Source of the DNA: an uncultured virus (IMG/VR IMGVR_UViG_2912927692_000003)
Lineage: Duplodnaviria > Heunggongvirae > Uroviricota > Caudoviricetes
Virus record (IMG/VR): IMGVR_UViG_2912927692_000003
DNA length: 20,000 bases
Reading direction: 5' to 3' (one strand)
The notes below the pieces were generated by a model. The model worked only from the letters and a program-made list of their open reading frames with translations, did not search any database and had not been told where the DNA came from. Positions 17,114 through 20,000 of this stretch are shown here, one piece after another. A program made the position numbers and the translations under genes. Each line of letters starts with the position of its first letter. Positions within the stretch are counted from its first letter, which is position 1.

Positions 17114-17440
17114 CCCGATGTACTTCCCCTCAACCCGCAGAGCGACAAGCCATGAGGGCCGTTTCATCATTTTCCTGGGGCAATGAGTGCGTTGTCCATT
17201 TCAATGGGTGGACGTTCAGCCGGCCCCGCCAGTAAACCGTGTAGCGTAGCTTCGTTTTCGCAGGAATGATGCCGAGATTGGGACGGAAGTTGATGTCACG
17301 GTGCGATGGGGCTCAGAGGACTTGGGGCGGTGGGGCTTTGTCACGATCCCGGTCATATCATGGGCTGCTGACAAGGGAGCATGGCGATTGCGGCTGCCCT
17401 TTTCCCGGTGAAGTGCGAAACGGATTTTTCAGGAGGAAGC

Positions 17441-19372
17441 ATGAGCTACGACACGACCGGTTCCATGGTGGGGGCCACAGTAGGAGACCCTAGCGATGAG
17501 CGATGGAATGCGTTGATTGACGAAACCGACCTCGTAAAGGGCGCATCACTTATAGGCAGATCGGCAATGGTTTTAGCCAGCCTGGCCGATCTTCCAGATG
17601 TTCCGCAAAGCTACACCCATGAGTACATCGTTCAAGGCCACAGACCCGGTATTACCACTGGTGGTGGCAGGTTCTACTGGGATGGGGCGGTTGCGCGGAA
17701 TCGCCACAACGGCGGGACTATCATCAGCCCCACTGTTCCTGCGTACACTGCCCAGACGGGGTTGGCTGGCTATCTGGATGGCTCGGGGGAAACTGAGCCG
17801 TCCGCCTTTGGCTGCTTTGTCCGCAAAATCGAAGGCCATGGTATTCGCCTCGAATGGTTCGGCTGGCTGCCGGGGGAACTCGCTACCGCGCCAGCGCAAA
17901 AGCTTCTGCAACAAACCCGTTCGAACGAAGGCTCTGCGGCCCACATCGGTTACACGGCCATGTTTCCCCCGGCGACCGTTCGCTCCGGTCCATTGGTTAT
18001 CGGTTCGGACCAGATCATCGCCGGAACCAGCCGGACTGTCATTCTCCAGGAGCCCGGTACGGTGACGATGGATGTCCAGCCGTTCATCAGCATGGCCGGA
18101 CAGAGCAATGTGTTCATCTTCGGCAATGGAATGCAGATCAATGGACAGAAGAACGAGGCACGCAGCGGCGAAGGTCGATATGGACTTTTCATCTATGGCT
18201 CGAAAAAAGTCCTGGTCCAGGACCTGACAATCAACGCGTTCTCCGGTGATGGATTGGCCGTTACCGGCGATGCGGGGCGACCAAGCGAAGACGTACGCAT
18301 CGACCGAGTCCTTTGCAACTTCAATGGACGCAATGGCTTTTCGGTCATCAATGCCAGGCGCGCGACGCTGCTGAATTGCCGAGCGACTAACACGAATACC
18401 AATGGACTTGGTGCATCAGCCAATGGACCCTGGGCGGCCTTCGACATAGAGCCCAATGAAGGAAGCGGTTACTTCATCGAAGATATCAACCTGATCGGTT
18501 GTTCGAGCGAGGGCAATGCTGGGAACGGACTCCAGTTCACCATCCCGAATACGGACTCCCCTGTCTCCGTCAGGGTGTCCGGATTCCAGTCCCGACGAGA
18601 CGGTTCGGCTACTCAATACGGGGCGAAGAATGGCGGAGTGGGTTTCATATATGGAGGGGGCCTCTCTCCGAAAAACACTATGTCGGGTCTGATCCAACTG
18701 GTTGGCATAGTTGTCGACGAGCCTTTTGGCAGCGCTATGCGTTTCCGCAACTGGAGCGCCAGAAACGCGCCGGTACTCATCAGGGATGTCACGATAAGAA
18801 ATGTGAACTTCGGCGTGGCCACGGGAAACATAAATCGATGCGGAGTCTGGCAGGACTCTTCTGACTCCATGGAAGTGATTGAACCAAAGGGCAATTTCGA
18901 AGTGGATGGGCTGACCGTCTTCGACGATAACCAACAGCTCATTCGACCCGTGTGGACCATGGGAATAGCGGCGGCTCCTACAATCGCCAAGGTGAGGAAT
19001 GTCTACGTCAACCGACATGGCTATCCTGCTGTTTTGCCGTTACGTACGAAAGTACAAGGAGGCGTAGGGTGGAGCGAGCTGCCGATGGTGTCCTTGTCCT
19101 CGTCCTCAGCAATCGCAGGAACGGATTATGTCGGACAAATGGTCGAGTTGACGGGGAGCGGAGGATTCGTACTGCCGGAGGCCGCTCTTGCCTCGGGCTG
19201 TGTCTTCAGGATCAGGAATGGTTCGAGCGGCAGCATCAACGTCACGGCACTGGCTGGAGGAATCACGGGCAGTACCTACGGTAGCTACACCAACACAGGA
19301 AGCAGCCTGACCTTGATCAATGGGCAGTATGCCGAGCTATGGAGCAATGGAAGCACCTGGGTCCTGAAATGA
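17441..19372 (+). CDS. Phage tailspike-like right-handed beta-helix (pectin lyase-fold) protein, putative polysaccharide depolymerase, 643 aa
   Basis: AGGAGG SD before ATG 17441; tailspike motifs KGASLIGR and GGGRFYWD...HNGGTIISPT; beta-helix turns (FSGDGLAV, NGRNGFSV, FDIEPN, GNAGNGLQF); tail-fibre-type C-terminus (VLPEA...G..F.I.N...L..GQ..EL.SNGSTW). Confidence 0.82.
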   Translation: MSYDTTGSMVGATVGDPSDERWNALIDETDLVKGASLIGRSAMVLASLADLPDVPQSYTHEYIVQGHRPGITTGGGRFYWDGAVARNRHNGGTIISPTVPAYTAQTGLAGYLDGSGETEPSAFGCFVRKIEGHGIRLEWFGWLPGELATAPAQKLLQQTRSNEGSAAHIGYTAMFPPATVRSGPLVIGSDQIIAGTSRTVILQEPGTVTMDVQPFISMAGQSNVFIFGNGMQINGQKNEARSGEGRYGLFIYGSKKVLVQDLTINAFSGDGLAVTGDAGRPSEDVRIDRVLCNFNGRNGFSVINARRATLLNCRATNTNTNGLGASANGPWAAFDIEPNEGSGYFIEDINLIGCSSEGNAGNGLQFTIPNTDSPVSVRVSGFQSRRDGSATQYGAKNGGVGFIYGGGLSPKNTMSGLIQLVGIVVDEPFGSAMRFRNWSARNAPVLIRDVTIRNVNFGVATGNINRCGVWQDSSDSMEVIEPKGNFEVDGLTVFDDNQQLIRPVWTMGIAAAPTIAKVRNVYVNRHGYPAVLPLRTKVQGGVGWSELPMVSLSSSSAIAGTDYVGQMVELTGSGGFVLPEAALASGCVFRIRNGSSGSINVTALAGGITGSTYGSYTNTGSSLTLINGQYAELWSNGSTWVLK

Positions 19373-19449
19373 CGCGTAAACCTTTTATTTGGCTTGCCTC
19401 CGACTGTCGTGGCGTATGGTCGGTATGCCAGGACAGCTTTTCGAGCGGC

Positions 19450-19827
19450 TCAGCGCTTCGGCGCAAAGACCATCTTCACCGGCGCATCGTGCTTCAGGCG
19501 CGAGCCGTTCGGTTGGTTCCCGGGCTCGAAGCTAGGGTGCCAGGCCCTGAGTTCCGTATCGGACAGCCACTCCAGTTGCAATTGGTCCGCGGATGCGCGC
19601 AGGTCGAATTGCGCCAGCGACCGCACGACTGCATGGCACTTTTCCGATTTCCCGGTTTCGAGGAGGGAGACCTGTATTTCTTCGCCCCAGGTGATCGAAC
19701 CTTTCTCCGGGCATTTCCGAACCTCGACGTGGTATTGCCCGTTCGGCGACGGCAGGTCGGAAATCAGCTTGTCGGGGCCGCACGCGGCGAGGAGTACGCT
19801 CAGTATCAGCAGGGGGCTTTTTTTCAT
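19450..19827 (-). CDS. Small hypothetical lipoprotein (PA2790-like, 125 aa)
   Basis: GAGG SD; MKKSPLLILSVLLAAC lipobox; SPNGQYHVEV...LEWLSDTELR motif. Confidence 0.82.
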   Translation of the reverse strand: MKKSPLLILSVLLAACGPDKLISDLPSPNGQYHVEVRKCPEKGSITWGEEIQVSLLETGKSEKCHAVVRSLAQFDLRASADQLQLEWLSDTELRAWHPSFEPGNQPNGSRLKHDAPVKMVFAPKR

Positions 19828-20000
19828 CCATGACCTCTGTGGAAATCTCGGAAAGGAATTCCTCTCTTTTCCTGGCGGAAAATGGGCAGGAAGCGGGCCT
19901 GCCCATCCTACGCGCGGACTGCTGGATCTGCCCATGGGCGATCCACAGCTTCGTGCACGAGCGATATCAGATGGCGCTGAGCGATTTCAGGATCAGATAG

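Noticed and set aside
17114..17440. Possible target-site duplication or att repeat flanking the tailspike-like gene
   Set aside because: No convincing direct repeat was found between this region and 19373-19450.
1..20000. CRISPR array, tRNA/rRNA genes, transposase, integrase or reverse transcriptase
   Set aside because: No regularly spaced repeats, cloverleaf or corresponding protein motifs were seen. The integrase is expected at the other prophage end.

Overview
The window is Pseudomonas aeruginosa-type DNA spanning the right end of a temperate phage and the neighbouring host chromosome. The prophage part (1..~12892, probably an F116/Hollowayvirus-like podovirus) carries the C-terminal ~3000 aa of a giant polyvalent protein (ParB-like, N6-adenine methyltransferase, two HExxH zincin-like modules, a probable BECR/LPD3-like nuclease fold, PLxRFG domain). 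It then has a complete lysis cassette (holin, SAR endolysin, Rz with embedded Rz1), a DUF1737/fibre-repeat gene, two small morons and a LexA-box-controlled gene. The phage is integrated in the 5' end of dusA: the severed host 5' fragment (MRPEPTTTPATLSRRFSVAPMMD) lies on the minus strand at 12881..12961, next to arm-type repeats. The host side has the PA2794-type neuraminidase/pseudaminidase, PA2793/PA2792/PA2791-like envelope genes, an orphan tailspike-like beta-helix protein that seems to lack its virion-attachment domain, and a small lipoprotein. Family and locus-tag assignments come from recognising motifs by eye, not from database searches.
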